DNA from: Camelus dromedarius
Taxonomy: Eukaryota
Assembly: GCF_036321535.1 (NCBI RefSeq)
Contig: NC_087436.1
Span: 89,282,001 to 89,346,000 of the forward strand
Direction of reading: 5' to 3'
DNA length: 64,000 bases
Of the stretch, positions 39,935-53,167 are shown piece by piece (position 1 is the stretch's first letter; every line of letters begins with the position of its first letter). Position numbers and translations under genes: made by a program. A model generated the notes under the pieces. The model did no database searches, was not told the DNA's origin, and saw only the letters and a program-made list of their open reading frames with translations.

Positions 39935-40165
39935 AGATATAAAGGAGAGTAGAAAGTACTTCATGTTGCTCCAGAAGCCAGAACTAGAACCAGTGGATGG
40001 AAATCACTGGAACTGAGCTTTTGTTTCCCCTTGATTATAAGAGCTGCTCAACAAGAAGACACAACCACTAGTGGAATAGGTTGCTTCTAAAGAGTTGCAG
40101 TGCATTTCAATGAAAATTTATAAGCAGATACTGGGTGACATTTACCCGGGGTTATTATAGAAAAA
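39935..40165 (+). mobile_element. L3/CR1 LINE 3' fragment
   Basis: tgttgctccagaagccagaactagaaccagtggatggaaatcac...tggaataggttgctt...aagcagatactgggtgacatt resembles the L3 3' end. Confidence 0.65.
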
Positions 40166-41254
40166 AGAGCATGGCCCACTGGTAAGACTCCAGATTAGTA
40201 TCATGAAACCAAGTGTCACAATATAGTACAACATGACAGTACCTCACCTTTCTCACCATCACCTCAAATTCTTAAATAATTATTTAACCTTAGGCAATTT
40301 ATATAAACCTGAGTCACAATGAATCAATTTTTAGCATACATATGCCTCTATAGTGTTGTCAGATTAATTTGAGATAATGAATGGTAATGTGCATTTTAGA
40401 AAACCTAGTCTTACTGGATGCTGTGAAATATTACACATCTTCAGCTTTATGTTATAAGTCAGTCTCAATACCCTATCCTGTTGGGACTCTAATTTAGAAA
40501 AGAGTAAATAAAACAATAAAATAACATTTGGTAGAAACTCTAATTAGGGGGAAAAAATGTTCCAGATGACAGACAGCAGAAGGGTTTGGAGTTATGAGAA
40601 TGACAACATTCACTTATAAAGTTTATGATAAAATGCCAACCCAGTAATGAGCTCTTTAAATTAGATACAATGAATCAATAAACCCCCAAAGTAAATGATA
40701 GCTATATTGATTTGGAGGGAGACAGGGAGACTTAACTCCAGGGGAGGCTTGGCAAATTTTAATGAAGCCAAAATGGAAATGAAGATAGAAGGAAGAAAGA
40801 AATTCAATTGAAAAATACATTTGTGTGTGTGTGTGCTGACTAGCTACAGTCCAGGTTACCATGCAAATTTCTAGTGATAGAGAAATGAGTTACAGCAGTT
40901 GTGCCCAATTCCCCTTTAGAAGAGGCTGTGGGAAGATAGCACATGTACAGCTAAGTACATCCCAGCTTGACAAGACCAAATGAGTAATAGAAATGGGGTG
41001 CCAAAGCAAATTTCATAATCACTGATACTAGTACTCTGCTAAATTTTTGCAAAATGAGCTAGAAGTCCTGAGAGATCTTGGATTAGAGATTAATCATGAA
41101 TCTAAGTAACCCAAAATAAACTACAGAATTCCTGGTGTGTGTAGAGAGTCATATGTTGTTTTTAAAAATCTTTTATCAGGGTTACACCAAATATAAATAT
41201 CATTATGAGATCAAGAAGAGTATAAACGTCTAAGATTATGCCTTCTTCTAATAT

Positions 41255-41955
41255 CATTTTCATTCATTTATTCAGTAGATGTGTATTAAGCACCAACTAT
41301 GTGCCAAGCAACATTTTAGGTACCGGAGAATCAGCATGAATAAAACAGAAAAAAGCTCCATGTCTTAAATGGGCCTTACCTTCTAATGAAAAGAGAACAA
41401 TAGTGAACAACACAATTAAGATACATGTAAAATGGTATGTATATTATAAGTAAAAGTGCTGTGACAAAAAAAATAAAGCAAGAAAATTAAAATGGGTGGA
41501 AATGAGAGGCTTCAATTCCAACTTATTTGTGGTCATAGAATCTTGTCTTAATGGATGTCATTGGAACAAAGACCTAAAACAGTATAGAAGTCAGTCACTC
41601 AACTATCTTAGGAAAGAGATTTTCAATCACAGGGATACCAAGCACCGAGTCCTCAGACAGAAGCCTCCCAAGTGAGTTCTAGGAAGAGCCAGATGGTCAG
41701 TGTGGATGGGGAAGAGGAAGTGAGAGGAAGAAGAGGAGGAGATAAATCCAGAAGAAAGGATGGGACAGATGGTGTAGGGACTTGGAGGCCATTATGAGGA
41801 TTTTTGTTTTCACTCCGAATGAGATGGGAAGCCGCTGGAGGATTTGAGCAGAAAAGAAACATGATCTGGTTTGTGTTTTAACAGGATAACTCTAATGTTA
41901 TTTTGAGAATAGAATGTAAGCGGTCAAGGGCAGAAGAGGTGAGACCCAACTTTAT
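41255..41955 (-). mobile_element. L2a 3' region
   Basis: cattcatttattcagtagatgtgtattaagcaccaactatgtgccaagc...gagatgggaagccgctggaggatttgagcag...gttttaacaggataactct. Confidence 0.85.
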
Positions 41956-41960
41956 TAGTC

Positions 41961-42500
41961 ATATTAGTTTTCTAATGCTGCTGTAATGAATAACCAGAAA
42001 CTCAGTGGCTGAAAAGTACAATTTTGTTATCTTTACAGTTCTGTAGGTTCGAAGTCTGCACATGTTTCCTGAGCTAAACTCAAGGTGTCAGGGGGACCAG
42101 TTCCTTTCTGGAGGCTCTAGGGGAGAATCCTTTTCTTGGCCTTTTCCAGCTTTGAGTGGCTATCCACATTCCTTGGCTCGTGGACCTTTCCCCCCAGATT
42201 AGGAGACTGCAATGTTGTATCTCTCTTAATGTCCTTCCGCAGGTACATCTCACTCTGACTCTGATCATTCTTCCTTCTTTTTACATTCAGGAAACGTTCT
42301 CCATTTTTAGGGACCCATGTGATTAGATTGCATTTACCTGGGTAATTCAGAGTAATGTCCCCATCTCAAGGTCCTTAACTTAATTACGTCTGCAAAGTCC
42401 GTTTTGCCATCAAAGGTAATGTAGTATTCTCAGGTTCTAAGGATTAGGACATGGACATCTTAGGAAATGGAGGCAGGGAGACATGATTCTGCCTAACACA
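41961..42500 (-). mobile_element. MaLR solo LTR, MLT1D/E-like
   Basis: tattagttttctaatgctgctgtaa...ggaggctctaggggagaatcc...cattccttggctcgtgg...aggattaggacatggacatc...ttctgcctaacaca. Confidence 0.85.
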
Positions 42501-45281
42501 TACATGTACCACAATCTCCTCTTTACTTATATTATTTCCATTTGTGCATGTACCTTGTTCCCTTTACAAAACCACAAATTCTCTTCAGGTTTAGACTTGG
42601 TGGGTCTAGCTCACCTTGGTAGCCATGTCTTGTTTCCAGGGCTTGTCCCTTCTCAGCTGGCCTGTCTCACTAACTACTTAGCTTGGAGTTTTCATTCTAA
42701 TCAGTGGGAAGGCAAAACAGAATAATAATGGAATATCAAAGACCTCTAGGATCTAAAATCAGCATAGGGTATAGGAGGCTGTATTTTCTCTCCATGCATA
42801 AAAAAATTTATATTCACATTGACATGAGCACAGAGACAGGATCCCTGAAGATACATTAAAGTATGCTGGACCACCATCTGTGTGAAGGCAGGGGACAAAT
42901 CTATGACATATGGAGGTATGTTTCCAGCTCTATGACTCCATAACAAAAGTCCTTTAAATAGAATAAAAATGGGCTCAATAAAAAAAAGGTGAAATATTTG
43001 TCATTCCACTCGAAGCGTTTTATACTTGCAAAGATTTTTCATTGTTCCTGAAACATATGGTTAGCTCATCAGATGTTTTTTCTCCCCCATGATAAAGTTT
43101 AAGTTAATATAAAGTAATGATTCTCCTTTAAATTCCAGGTAAGGAAGACCCATGGCTTATGGAATCTGATGAATCTGATGCATGTGATTGATCTTTGGAA
43201 TGAAAGTCCTCTTTAAGTTATCAAAGATAATAGTCATTTCCATTGAAGACTAAGCACAATTTGCAAAGAATACATTAACATCCACATCTGTGATATTTCA
43301 AGAGAGAGTAACTCGGCAGTGACAACTAATGAAAGTGACTGAAGAATGTGAAGATTAGAAGATCAGTATGAATCAAGAATCAGTTTGTGAATTTCATGAG
43401 TCATAAGTGTTCCCAGTGTTTCCCCCCGGCCTCACCAGCCTGCAGGTACAAATGGTACGGCATTCAGAGTAGACACCACGTTCCCACAGCTCTCGCCCCC
43501 AGTTTGCATGTATAGGACACCACCTCCTTATAAGGTTCTTACACATGCACATGAATCAGGCCCCTCAACTGTAGCCTTAATTTGCCAAGCACAGTACTTC
43601 TCCTCTTTTCCTGTCCTGGTCCTCCTTCCTGGGAACTACAGAAACCTTCCTGTCTTGTCCTGTCCACAGACCGACCGCTGTTGCCCTTGCCAGGCATGGC
43701 CACCAGGTGTCTGTGGTCCTTCTGCTGGGTCTGTCATGTCCCTGGCACCTGCCTAGTTCCACCATGGCTTCTGGGACATTCAAGTTCCCAGAGCTGTTCG
43801 GAGTTCCATCAAAATGAGAAATTGCATTTTTTCCTTCCTCTTATTTAAACTCTATTAAATATTCTGTTAAAGGAGTTTCAAAGCATTGCATCCCATGTCT
43901 TACTACATTAAGAGGAATGACTTTCACGTTTGCACTTAGCGGTCCCATTCCTTACCAAACCCTCAGACAAACACTGTACTGAACAGGGATTTTTGTTCCT
44001 AAGTGAGGTTTTTCTGCCTGACTTTTTTTTTTTTCCCTTGCAGCATCTTCTCAAATTCTCATTCAAGTTGACCCCTAGCAGATGTGGTTTACCAGTTCAA
44101 CAGACACACTCCAGACATTCAGTCCTAATAGGAGCTACTGCTTAAGCAAAGCTTGGACCCTTTATACGTGTAAAAGACTTAGGTGAATTAAACAGTGAAA
44201 TCTTAATACTTTGATGCATAGATTTAAACATTTTTTTCATTCCTGCTTTTCCAAAAGATGTTTTAAACATTTTTATTTCCTAGCATGTTTTATTCAACTT
44301 CAGCCCAAGGTGCTGCTCTGGTTGAGGTAAGGCTGGAACAGAAGTTTTGCCTGCTTGGCTGTGTTAACTCATCCTCTCCCTGTACCCTTGCCCACATCCT
44401 CTGTCCCTGTACCCATGCCCACGGCCCCTGAGGGGATGCTATAAAACACTAGGGACAGGTGGAAGACAGCGTGATCATTCCTTTTCAATAGCCTCTGAAT
44501 AAGGTAGAAATGGTAGCAAATGTATAAAGTTGCTCTTTCATTGAGAATGTAGCCATGTGAAGAAAAAGATTACATGAACATTTTTTTTATTATTACCATT
44601 AGGGATTCTAGGGCATAAAATGGGCTCTTAGAATTATTTTATCTTGTATCTTAAAAGAGATTTTACCATAATCATCAATGTACATTTATGACACTGCAAA
44701 GACTTATCAATTCTTAAGGCTCTAATATACACATTAAAAGACAGAAATTACTTTTCCCCCAATTTTCCTACTAACCTTTTGATTAGGAAGTTGTGTTTGA
44801 GTCTTAGATTCCCCTGTTATTTCAATTAAGTGACAATTTGGAACAGTGATAAGTAATAAGACATGAGATTTTTCCTTCTTCTTTTCCTCAGGAAAAATGG
44901 TGATGCAAATAATTACTGCCTACAACTTTGTAATTTCCCACAATGAGGCAAATGGAAGCACAAGGAATTAAAACTAAAGGTCAAGCTTATGCCTTTGTGT
45001 TTTTGTTTTTGAGTTGGGGAGGAGATGACAGTACTGGTTATAGGGAACATTGCTGATTGGTTATTCTGGAGATTAATAAATGACCTGAAAAATAATGTGA
45101 AAATAATGGGCAACCACAGCAATATATAATAAGTAAAAATGACAACTTTTACCAGTTTATGCAAGAGGTACTCTAAGAAGTATTTTTGCTTCATATTTAA
45201 AGGGGATTTTGATTAAGAAATACATGACTTTGTAGAATCTATTTTGGAGGTGTTTACTAATATGCATCTAAAAGTAATACA

Positions 45282-45600
45282 TGACACAAATGAACTTCTT
45301 TACAAAACAGCAGCAGACTCACAGACAGAAAACAAACTTATGGTTACCAAAGGAGAAAGGGGACTTGGAAGGGTAAATTAGGAGTAGGGAATTTGCAGAT
45401 ACACACTACTATATATAAAATAGATAAACAACATGGTCCTACTGTGTAGGGTAGGGAACTATATTAGGTAGTTTATAATAACCTATAATGATAAAGAATA
45501 TATATATATATATGTATAACTGAATCACTATGCTGTACACCAGACACTAATACATTATAAATCAAATATACTTCATTTAAAAAAGAAGAAGAAAATAATT
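45282..45600 (+). mobile_element. 5'-truncated L1 with 11-bp TSD
   Basis: L1 3' UTR (cagactcacagacagaaaacaaacttatggttaccaaagg...) flanked by aaagtaataca at 45271-45281 and 45601-45611. Confidence 0.92.
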
Positions 45601-45944
45601 AAAGTAATACAGGTAAATTATTACCCTTTTTCCTTAACACCAGGAATGAGAAACAATTCTGCTTCTTTATAATAGAATCCAGACATGTATCTTTTTAGAA
45701 AAAGTTCTCCAGAAAATTCAGCATGTGTTATATTAAATTAAAAAGATGAACAATTCTCTGTAAAACCAGTTGTTTAAGCTAATGATAAGAACTGTGGTGT
45801 GTCACTAATTTCCTTTTGTATTTCTCAATCATTATTTGAAATAACGGAGCAATGACTGCAGTTAAACTGTGAGTGATGTGAAAAACCAGTTTAGCCAACT
45901 GAGATCTGTAACATGACCTCAGATTCACAAATTCCTTCTTCCCT

Positions 45945-46532
45945 TTATTTGTTTGTTCATTCAACAAATGTTTAATAAATTCTGAAGACATCCTAGGCCC
46001 TTTAGAATTTCTGTAGATTAATGGTGAGCCAAAGCAAATGTAATCCCATGAATTAAGGCATAATTACAGTGACAAATGCTATAGAGAAAGGGACTGTGAG
46101 GGGCTGCGGGGAGGTGCAGACCCAGGGTGTGATCAGAGGAAGCATCTCTGAGAAGAAATGGTTGAGCAGAGACAGGGATGGCGAATAGAATTTAATCAGA
46201 ATAAAAGCGGAAAGGAAACAGCTCAGACAGAGACTGGAGCATGGAGGAAGGCCTAGCGATGGGATGTGCCCAGCCCAAGACCCTGCAAGGAGGGTCCTAT
46301 GGCAAGAGGGCAGAAAGGGGTCAGGAAGGGGCGTGGTGTGCAATGAGGCCAGTGGAGAAGCAGGAGAAGACCATGAAGAGCCATCAATCAATCAAGAGAC
46401 CACCTGTGAGTGAGGGCATAAGTCAAGGGGACAAACAAAGACCATTGCTATCTGCCCTCAGATCAGCCTGCCTCCTGCTCTTGGAGCTGTACTTTCCCTT
46501 TGCTAACAATAAATCCTTTAAAACCTTTCGCT

Positions 46533-46563
<31 letters not shown>

Positions 46564-46760
46564 TGAAACACCTTGGAAGAATGTAGTCTTTATCCTAAAT
46601 GCAGCTACAAGTCAGAGGAAAAATTTAATTTCTGCCCAGCAGGTGGGATGTGGGGAGGGCAGGAAAAATCTGCAGGACTTGGTAATGAACTGGAAATGGG
46701 GCGGTGAGAGGAGGCCATGGTGTCTTCTGGCCTTGAGGAACAGAATGAATGGATGGTCGT
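45945..46760 (-). mobile_element. L2 3' region (interrupted at 46383-46561)
   Basis: tttgttcattcaacaaatgtttaataaa...atcagaggaagcatctctgagaag...; resumes after the insert with gtctttatcctaaatgcag. Confidence 0.7.
46383..46561 (+). mobile_element. ERV1 LTR 3' fragment ending in a (CA)n tail
   Basis: gcctgcctcctgctcttggagctgtactttccctttgctaacAATAAAtcctttaaaacctttcgcta then (CA)n at 46533-46559; resembles the end of the LTR at 61290-61355. Confidence 0.55.
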
Positions 46761-46957
46761 CCCACTCATTGGCCAGGAGGCTGGTTGTCGGGAGAGTTGT
46801 GAGAATGGTTTCTGCTTGAAGAACATCATCATTTTAATATGGGGAGGGGAGAAGTCATTTAAACATATAGCTTGACCCTGTTACCTTGCTATCTATCTCT
46901 CCCTGCAGAACCTAACCCAGGTTCTGATAAGTAGTGAGAGTTTGAAAATGAGCTGTT

Positions 46958-47180
46958 TCCGGGTTTCTCAGCCTGAGCACTACTGACTGTTCGAGCAGGA
47001 CGGTTCTTTGTTGAGAGGGGCGGTCCTGCGCATCACAGGATGTTTAGCAGTATCCCTGGCCCCTATTCACTAGATGCCAGTTGCAAGTAGCCTTCTTCTT
47101 AGATGTCAGAACAAACAATATTTCCAGAGACTGCCCAGCATCCCTCAGGGGACAAAATTGCCCTGTGGATAAATGACCCG
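46958..47180 (+). mobile_element. MER20 hAT-Charlie element
   Basis: gtttctcagcctgagcactactgac...ttctttgttg...aggatgtttagcagtatccctggcccctattcactagatgccag. Confidence 0.85.
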
Positions 47181-48604
47181 ATCATATTACAATGTGATTA
47201 GTGTTATTACTGAGCTGAACACAATGGGACCAGAGTAGAAGAAGCCTGGACTCTTTGAGGAGATAGGAGATATGGTTTGGAAATGTCTCATAGGAGAGGT
47301 GATATTTGGGGCGACCTGTGATGAAAGAGTAGAAAGAGCTGGATAGAGAAAAGCCATCCCCGGCCAGGCACACACGTATGCCTCAAGCTGCATGGCGTAT
47401 TAAGGCTCGACACCTCCTCTCTGTGCTACACTGGTCCACACTGTCTCGCCCATCCACTCTCATCTTTCTGAGTCTCTGGGCAAAGTTTGCCTATTTTTAG
47501 CTACACATTTATTGTATGAGGTTCTCTAATCTTTAGTAGTTAGTGAAATAGAACTTCTTTTTATTTCCCTGAAGCCTTGAGATCAAAAGGAAGAGTCAGC
47601 TTAAGCCAGGGTCCTTGTCCTTAATTATTGAGGGAGAGAAAAGATAATCAGGGTGAGACCACACCAATTCCCAAATATTCCAATATGCTATGGCTGATAC
47701 CCCAAGAATTTGCCCAATGCTGTGTCTGTCCAGGTCAGTTGCAAGAAAAATACCCATCAGCCTGATTTTCACCCAGCTTCTTCACTTTACCTTTTTTTCC
47801 TAACATCAGATTCCAGTTCTGCACAATTCCCGGATTTGAACGTTTCAGATGGCTTAAAGGAAACACTGGAAAATGGCTTTGCATGACAAATTTTATGCAC
47901 CCTTGTAATCTAAAATAGATGGGATGAGCTAATTCTATTATGGGAAAGGCTGGTTACAATTGATTGTATTAGACATTTTCTATTTCATGAAATTAATAGC
48001 ATGTCATTCAAACTCCTTTGCTAACAGGATATAAAAGTAAACAACTTATTTTCAATTTCCTATCCCCCAGGTGGGTCATGTATGGCTTCCCAATCATAGC
48101 AGTAACTATTTTATATTCAACTAAAAAGTCTGATAGCATTAGCAGTTTCCTGATGAAAAAAATGTACTGAAGGAAGAACAGTCACAAACGTGATAGAACT
48201 AAAATGACATTAGGCAGAAATTATTCTCTAGAATTATCAAAGGAAGAAGTGTGGTTTCTGCCCTAAATCTACTACTTGCAAATAATGTGACAATGACTGG
48301 GATATTTTCAATTGTTCTTATTATGGTTGAAAAGAGCTTAGAATTTATTTTTTAACTATAATTACTAATACAGCTTTATTTTTTGTGCTATCTACTTTTA
48401 TATAGTTTCTGTTATCCTCCAAGATTTTAACAGTATAAAAGGGAACCATAGTATACATATATGAATAATTCTTTTCTATCCATCCCACAAAATTGATCAT
48501 ATATATATCTGATTATGTGATTAAATGTAATATTGTAATCCTTCAACAATTTATTATTTTCTCCTTTTTTAAAAAAACATTGTATACTTCAGTCCTTCTA
48601 TTTA

Positions 48605-48815
48605 AAGCCTCTTGATGCTATATGGTTTTTTTAATATGTATGTTTTTTCATATAGTCTCCACCCAAACTCTGTGAAGTAATGATTACCATTCCTACTTTC
48701 CTTATGAGACAAGAGTCTCAAATGGTTACACATAGTCCACTTCAGACTGGCACTTTGAGGTGAAGTTGGATTAGAACATGGCTCTCTGGTTCCCAAAGGC
48801 AAGGCTTTCCCCCAT
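48605..48815 (-). mobile_element. MIR SINE
   Basis: tctccacccaaactctgtgaagta...ggattagaacatggctctctggttcccaaagg. Confidence 0.55.
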
Positions 48816-49099
48816 AGGCTCACATACTATTGAAAAAGACAGACTATGGGAATTTACTGAGGCAGGAAGGGAGAATGGTGAGCTACACTTTCAGGAATAT
48901 CTAAGGACACATTTCACTGAATCATCTCAGAACCTCAGAAGTACAAAAACAGCTGGAGACCAGAGATCCCCAAAGGGAAAAACATCTAAGTTTTTAGAGA
49001 TCTTTGCTTCACCTCTTCCCCCACTCCAATGTTTGTCAATCATTGTGATTATCAGTGAATCACATGAAAATTTCTTTATGCTTCAAAAAGAAAAGCTTT

Positions 49100-50390
49100 A
49101 ATATTAAAGACTTAAATATAAAACATGACACTATAAAAACTCCTAGAAGAGAACATGGGCAAAACATTCTCTGACAAATTCTAGCAATGTTTTCTTAAGT
49201 CAGTCTCCCAAGGCAAAAGAAATAAAAGCAAAAATAAACAAATGGGGCCTATTCAAACTTGTAAGTTTTTGCACAGCAAAGGAAGCCATAAACAAAATGA
49301 AAGGACAAACTAGACTGGGAGAAAATATTTGCAAATGATGTGACCAGCAAAGGATTAATTTCCAAAATATAGAACAGCTCAAACAACTCAATATCAAAAA
49401 ACAAACAAAAAAACCCCAAGCAACCCAATTAGAAAATGAGCCTAAGACCTTAACAGACATTTCTCCAAAGAAGACATACAAATAGCCAATTGACACATGA
49501 AAAGATGCTCAGCATTGTTAATTATTAGAGAAATGCAAATCAAAACTACAGTGAGGTATCACCTCACACGAGTCAGAATGGCCATCATAAAAAAAGCCTA
49601 CAAATAATAAATGCTGGAAAGTGTGTGAAGGAAAAGAAACCCTCCTATACTGTTGGTTGGAAAGTAAATTGGTACAGCCACTATGGAAAACAGTATGGAG
49701 GTTCCTCAAAAAAACTAAAAATAGAGCTACCATATGATCCAGCAATCTCACTCATGGGTATATATATCTAGAAAAAACAAAACCTCTAATTCGAAAAGAT
49801 ACATGCACCCCAATGTTCACAGCAGAACTATTTACAATAGCCAAGACATGGAAGCAACGAAAGTGTCCATCAACAGATGACTGGGTAAAGAAAATGTGGT
49901 ATATGTATATACAATGGAATACTACTCAGCCATAAAAAATAATGAAATAATACCATTTGCAGCAACATGTATGGACCTGGAAACTATCATACTTAATGAT
50001 GTAAATCAGATAGGGAAAGACAAATATTACATGATATCATTTATATGTGAAATCTAAAAAAATAGTACAAATGAACTTACTTACAAAACAGAAACAGACT
50101 CACAGACATAGAAAACAAACTTATGTCTAGCAAAGGGGAAGAGGGCAGGATAAATTAAAAGTATATGATTAAGAGACAAAAATTATCTTACACAAAATGG
50201 AGAAGCAATAAGGATTTACTGTACAGCACAGGGAACTATATTCAATATATTGTAATAACCTACAATGAAAAGAATAGAAAAAAAGAAAAAAAATATATAT
50301 ATATATACCCAAATCACTTTGCCATACACCTGAAACTAACACAATATTGTAAATCAACTATACTTCAATTTAAAAAATTAAATTATAAAA
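49100..50390 (+). mobile_element. About 1.3-kb 5'-truncated L1 (frameshifted ORF2 C-terminus plus 3' UTR)
   Basis: ttaaagacttaaat...tcctagaagagaacatgggcaaaac...agagaaatgcaaatcaaaactacagtgaggtatcacctcacac...tacttcaat plus A tail; degenerate TSD aaaaagaaa(a/t)gc. Confidence 0.95.
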
Positions 50391-51089
50391 AAAGAAATGC
50401 AATATTACACCTCCAAGGAGACATGTGTAGAGTAAATTAAATAATGGTTTTAAAATCAGGCAAGCAGTCTGGACAATCTCGTTTTATTGTAAATAAAAAT
50501 ATTTAGTTTTTAAAATAATAAAGATTTTATTTAAAAGAAAAAGCTGGCATAATCAGATCATGCCCATCATTTAGGTTTGAGGATAAAGATTGCCCACTAC
50601 CTTTCTCCTCAACCAAAAAAAAAAAAGTGGGAACTGGCAAGTAGAAGAGGAAAAGAAAGAGGATGGAGTCTCTGGCTTTCAGAGAAGGCAAAGAAGTCAG
50701 TTGAGTCTGACTTCTGCAGGAAAGGACTGCAAGGCTGAGCAGTGAAAGCTTTGTAGGGTTTGCAGGGATAACCATATTGCCTTCTTTTCTCAAAATACAA
50801 ATACCTTATGTTTTACAAAGACAAAGGCAAACATCGGCTACAGCTAGAGAGATTGCAGTTAATTGATCTTTTGCAAAGTCATTCAGGCTGATGGAAAGAT
50901 GGTCAGCAGCTTAGTCTTTGCATGGGCAATAGCAGTTCGTAGTTCAGCTGTTAACACAGCATTTGTTATAACAGTGAATACAAGCGGAATTCCATGCTTG
51001 TGGGTCCTTGTAACACCAGCCGGCTGTCTCAGTGGCACAGCTGTGAAGGAAAGAAAGAAGCTCTTCTTCGAGGTTCAAGGCTCAAGCCC

Positions 51090-51450
51090 ACATGTTTCTT
51101 CTCTAACTGCTTCCTGCTTCTCCAGCCTCACTCTGACCATTTTTATTCCTCTTCCTAAGCCTGGCCGTGCAAACACCCTAGGCTCTTCCACTAGGATTTG
51201 TCGTTGGCTCTTCCACCAGCCTAGTCCTCTCAGGCTTTACATTGCTAGATCCTTCTGCTTCCCCAGGTCTCAGCTTAGCATCCCTTCCTCAGGGAGGCCC
51301 GCCCGTCTCCCCTTTAAAGTTATCTCCTTTTACCCAGCTGTTTCCGTTTCAGCCTCTTGTGTGCAGCATTGCCTTTGTTTATTGTTTGTCCCCTTCCTCG
51401 AGGGCAGGGATGGTGCTCCCTTAGTTTTCAATAAATGTCTGCAGAAGGCA
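51090..51450 (+). mobile_element. L2 3' region
   Basis: tccttctgcttccccaggtctcagcttagcatcccttcctcagggaggcc...cctcgagggcaggga...tcaataaatgtctgcagaa. Confidence 0.65.
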
Positions 51451-51759
51451 TTCTAATACTTTACATTTTCCCAAAAGTAGAAAAAGTGGTACTTTCTATT
51501 TTTAAAATGCATTCATGGAGTAATATTCTTATGCAATTTCACATTTCTTGTCCTCCATCACTCCCTCTAACAATCATGGTAAATGAGAATTAAAATGGTA
51601 CCCAAGTTAACATTTCCATATAATATCATGACATGATAGAAATTACCATTTAAATGTATGTAGACGCAAGAAGGGAACTGTTTGTCTCAGGCCCTAAGCA
51701 GGTTCCTGAATTGCAAAAACTATGCTAGCTTCTTTGTATCCAAAGTCTGCTACCTCCTA

Positions 51760-51950
51760 TTAGACAGTATGCTACATGCTTTACACACATTTCCTTCTTC
51801 GATTCCTCAAATAATCCTACATTAAGTTTTATTATCCTCATTTTTCAAATGAAGAAAACAAGCCTTAAAACACGATGCTAGTTTGAGAGAATGCTTGTTT
51901 ACTAAGATCTGTTTGACTGCAAGCTCTTTTCATCACATTATGCTGTTTCC
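51760..51950 (-). mobile_element. MIR SINE
   Basis: tgctacatgctttacacacat...attatcctcatttttcaaatgaagaaaac. Confidence 0.6.
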
Positions 51951-52352
51951 CCAAGGTACTCTCAAAAAATGTATTCATAGGAAGGTCTCATACTATTATA
52001 GGATAATGTAGGATTAATATTCACATGACTTTAAACTGTGTATACTAGGATTTGATCTTCTTGTCTTGGGGACCCTAAAAACCAGGTATTAATACTAACT
52101 TTTTTTTTATTATTATGTCATATGTCTGAAGTTCTAGCTGAACCTAAACTGAACTTCAGATACATCCTGGTGTGTCTCATGAGTTGGTGAGGTCAACAGA
52201 TTATCATCTTTCTCCAAGGTGACTTTGCTTGTGGAGAATTGTACCTGCTAATTTCCAGTAGAAGAACTTGCCTATGGGGAGGGGGAGTCCTTCTGTGCTC
52301 GCTCGAATAGAGGGGAAAATGGCCAATGGAAACAATAGTATGGATTCATGAC

Positions 52353-52869
52353 TGTGAGGGTTAATTTCGTGTGTCAAGCTGACTGAGCTAATAATGGATG
52401 CCCAGAGAGCTGGTAAAACATTCTATCTAGGTATACCCATGAAGCTGTTTCTGGAAGAGATTAGCATTTGATTAAATAGACTGAGTAAAGAGATTTGCCC
52501 TCACAAATGTGGGTGGGCATCACCCAATCCATCGAGGCTCCCAAGAGAGCAAGAAGGCAATGCAAGTGTAAACTCTCTCTCTCCTCTTGAGCTGACATGT
52601 CCGTCTCCTGTCCCAGGACATCTGAGCTCCTGGTTCTTGGGCTTTGGCCTGTGGGACTTAAACGCAAGCCACTGCCCTGGTCCTCATGCCTTCAGACCAG
52701 GGTTGAATTACACCACCAGCTTTCCTGGTTCTCCAATTTGCAGATGACAGACTGTGGGACTTCTTGGCCTCCATAGCTGTGCAAGGCAATTCCTATAATC
52801 AATCTCCTCTAACTGATATCTAGGTATATCCGATTGCCTCTGCTTCCCTGGAGAACTATGACTGATACA
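52353..52869 (+). mobile_element. ERVL solo LTR, MLT2B-like
   Basis: TG...CA ends (tgtgagggttaatttcgtgtgtcaa ... ctggagaactatgactgataca); near-TSD atgac/atcac. Confidence 0.9.
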
Positions 52870-53167
52870 ATCACCCTGTGCCATCCTCATGCATTAAGTA
52901 TAAACCCTTTGGAGACAAAATGAGTATAAGTGATAGAGCCTGGGGCCCAGGTGAAAAACTATGGCATAAAATAGGGGGAGTAGCATCACCCTCACTTCCT
53001 CATGGGATGGGGCATGGTCCCAGCACCCTAAGGACACAGGGAAACCCAGGAGCATTTTGGCGCTTTGAATGTGGCAGGATTCAGAGAGTCAGGGTGACCA
53101 CTTCCATGGAGGCGTCAGAAGCAGGACTGAGGCACCAGACTCCGGCAGCCCCTCAGACACTGAGGAC

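Noticed and set aside
44870..44990. Strong + strand splice acceptor (ttttccttcttcttttcctcag)
   Set aside because: No convincing downstream donor or coding frame.
46241..46819. 192-aa ORF
   Set aside because: It runs through an antisense L2, the LTR insert and a (CA)n repeat (THTHTH); a chance ORF with no recognisable domain.
50863..51456. 197-aa ORF, the longest in the window
   Set aside because: It has a non-ATG start, its second half is L2 sequence, and it resembles no protein I know.
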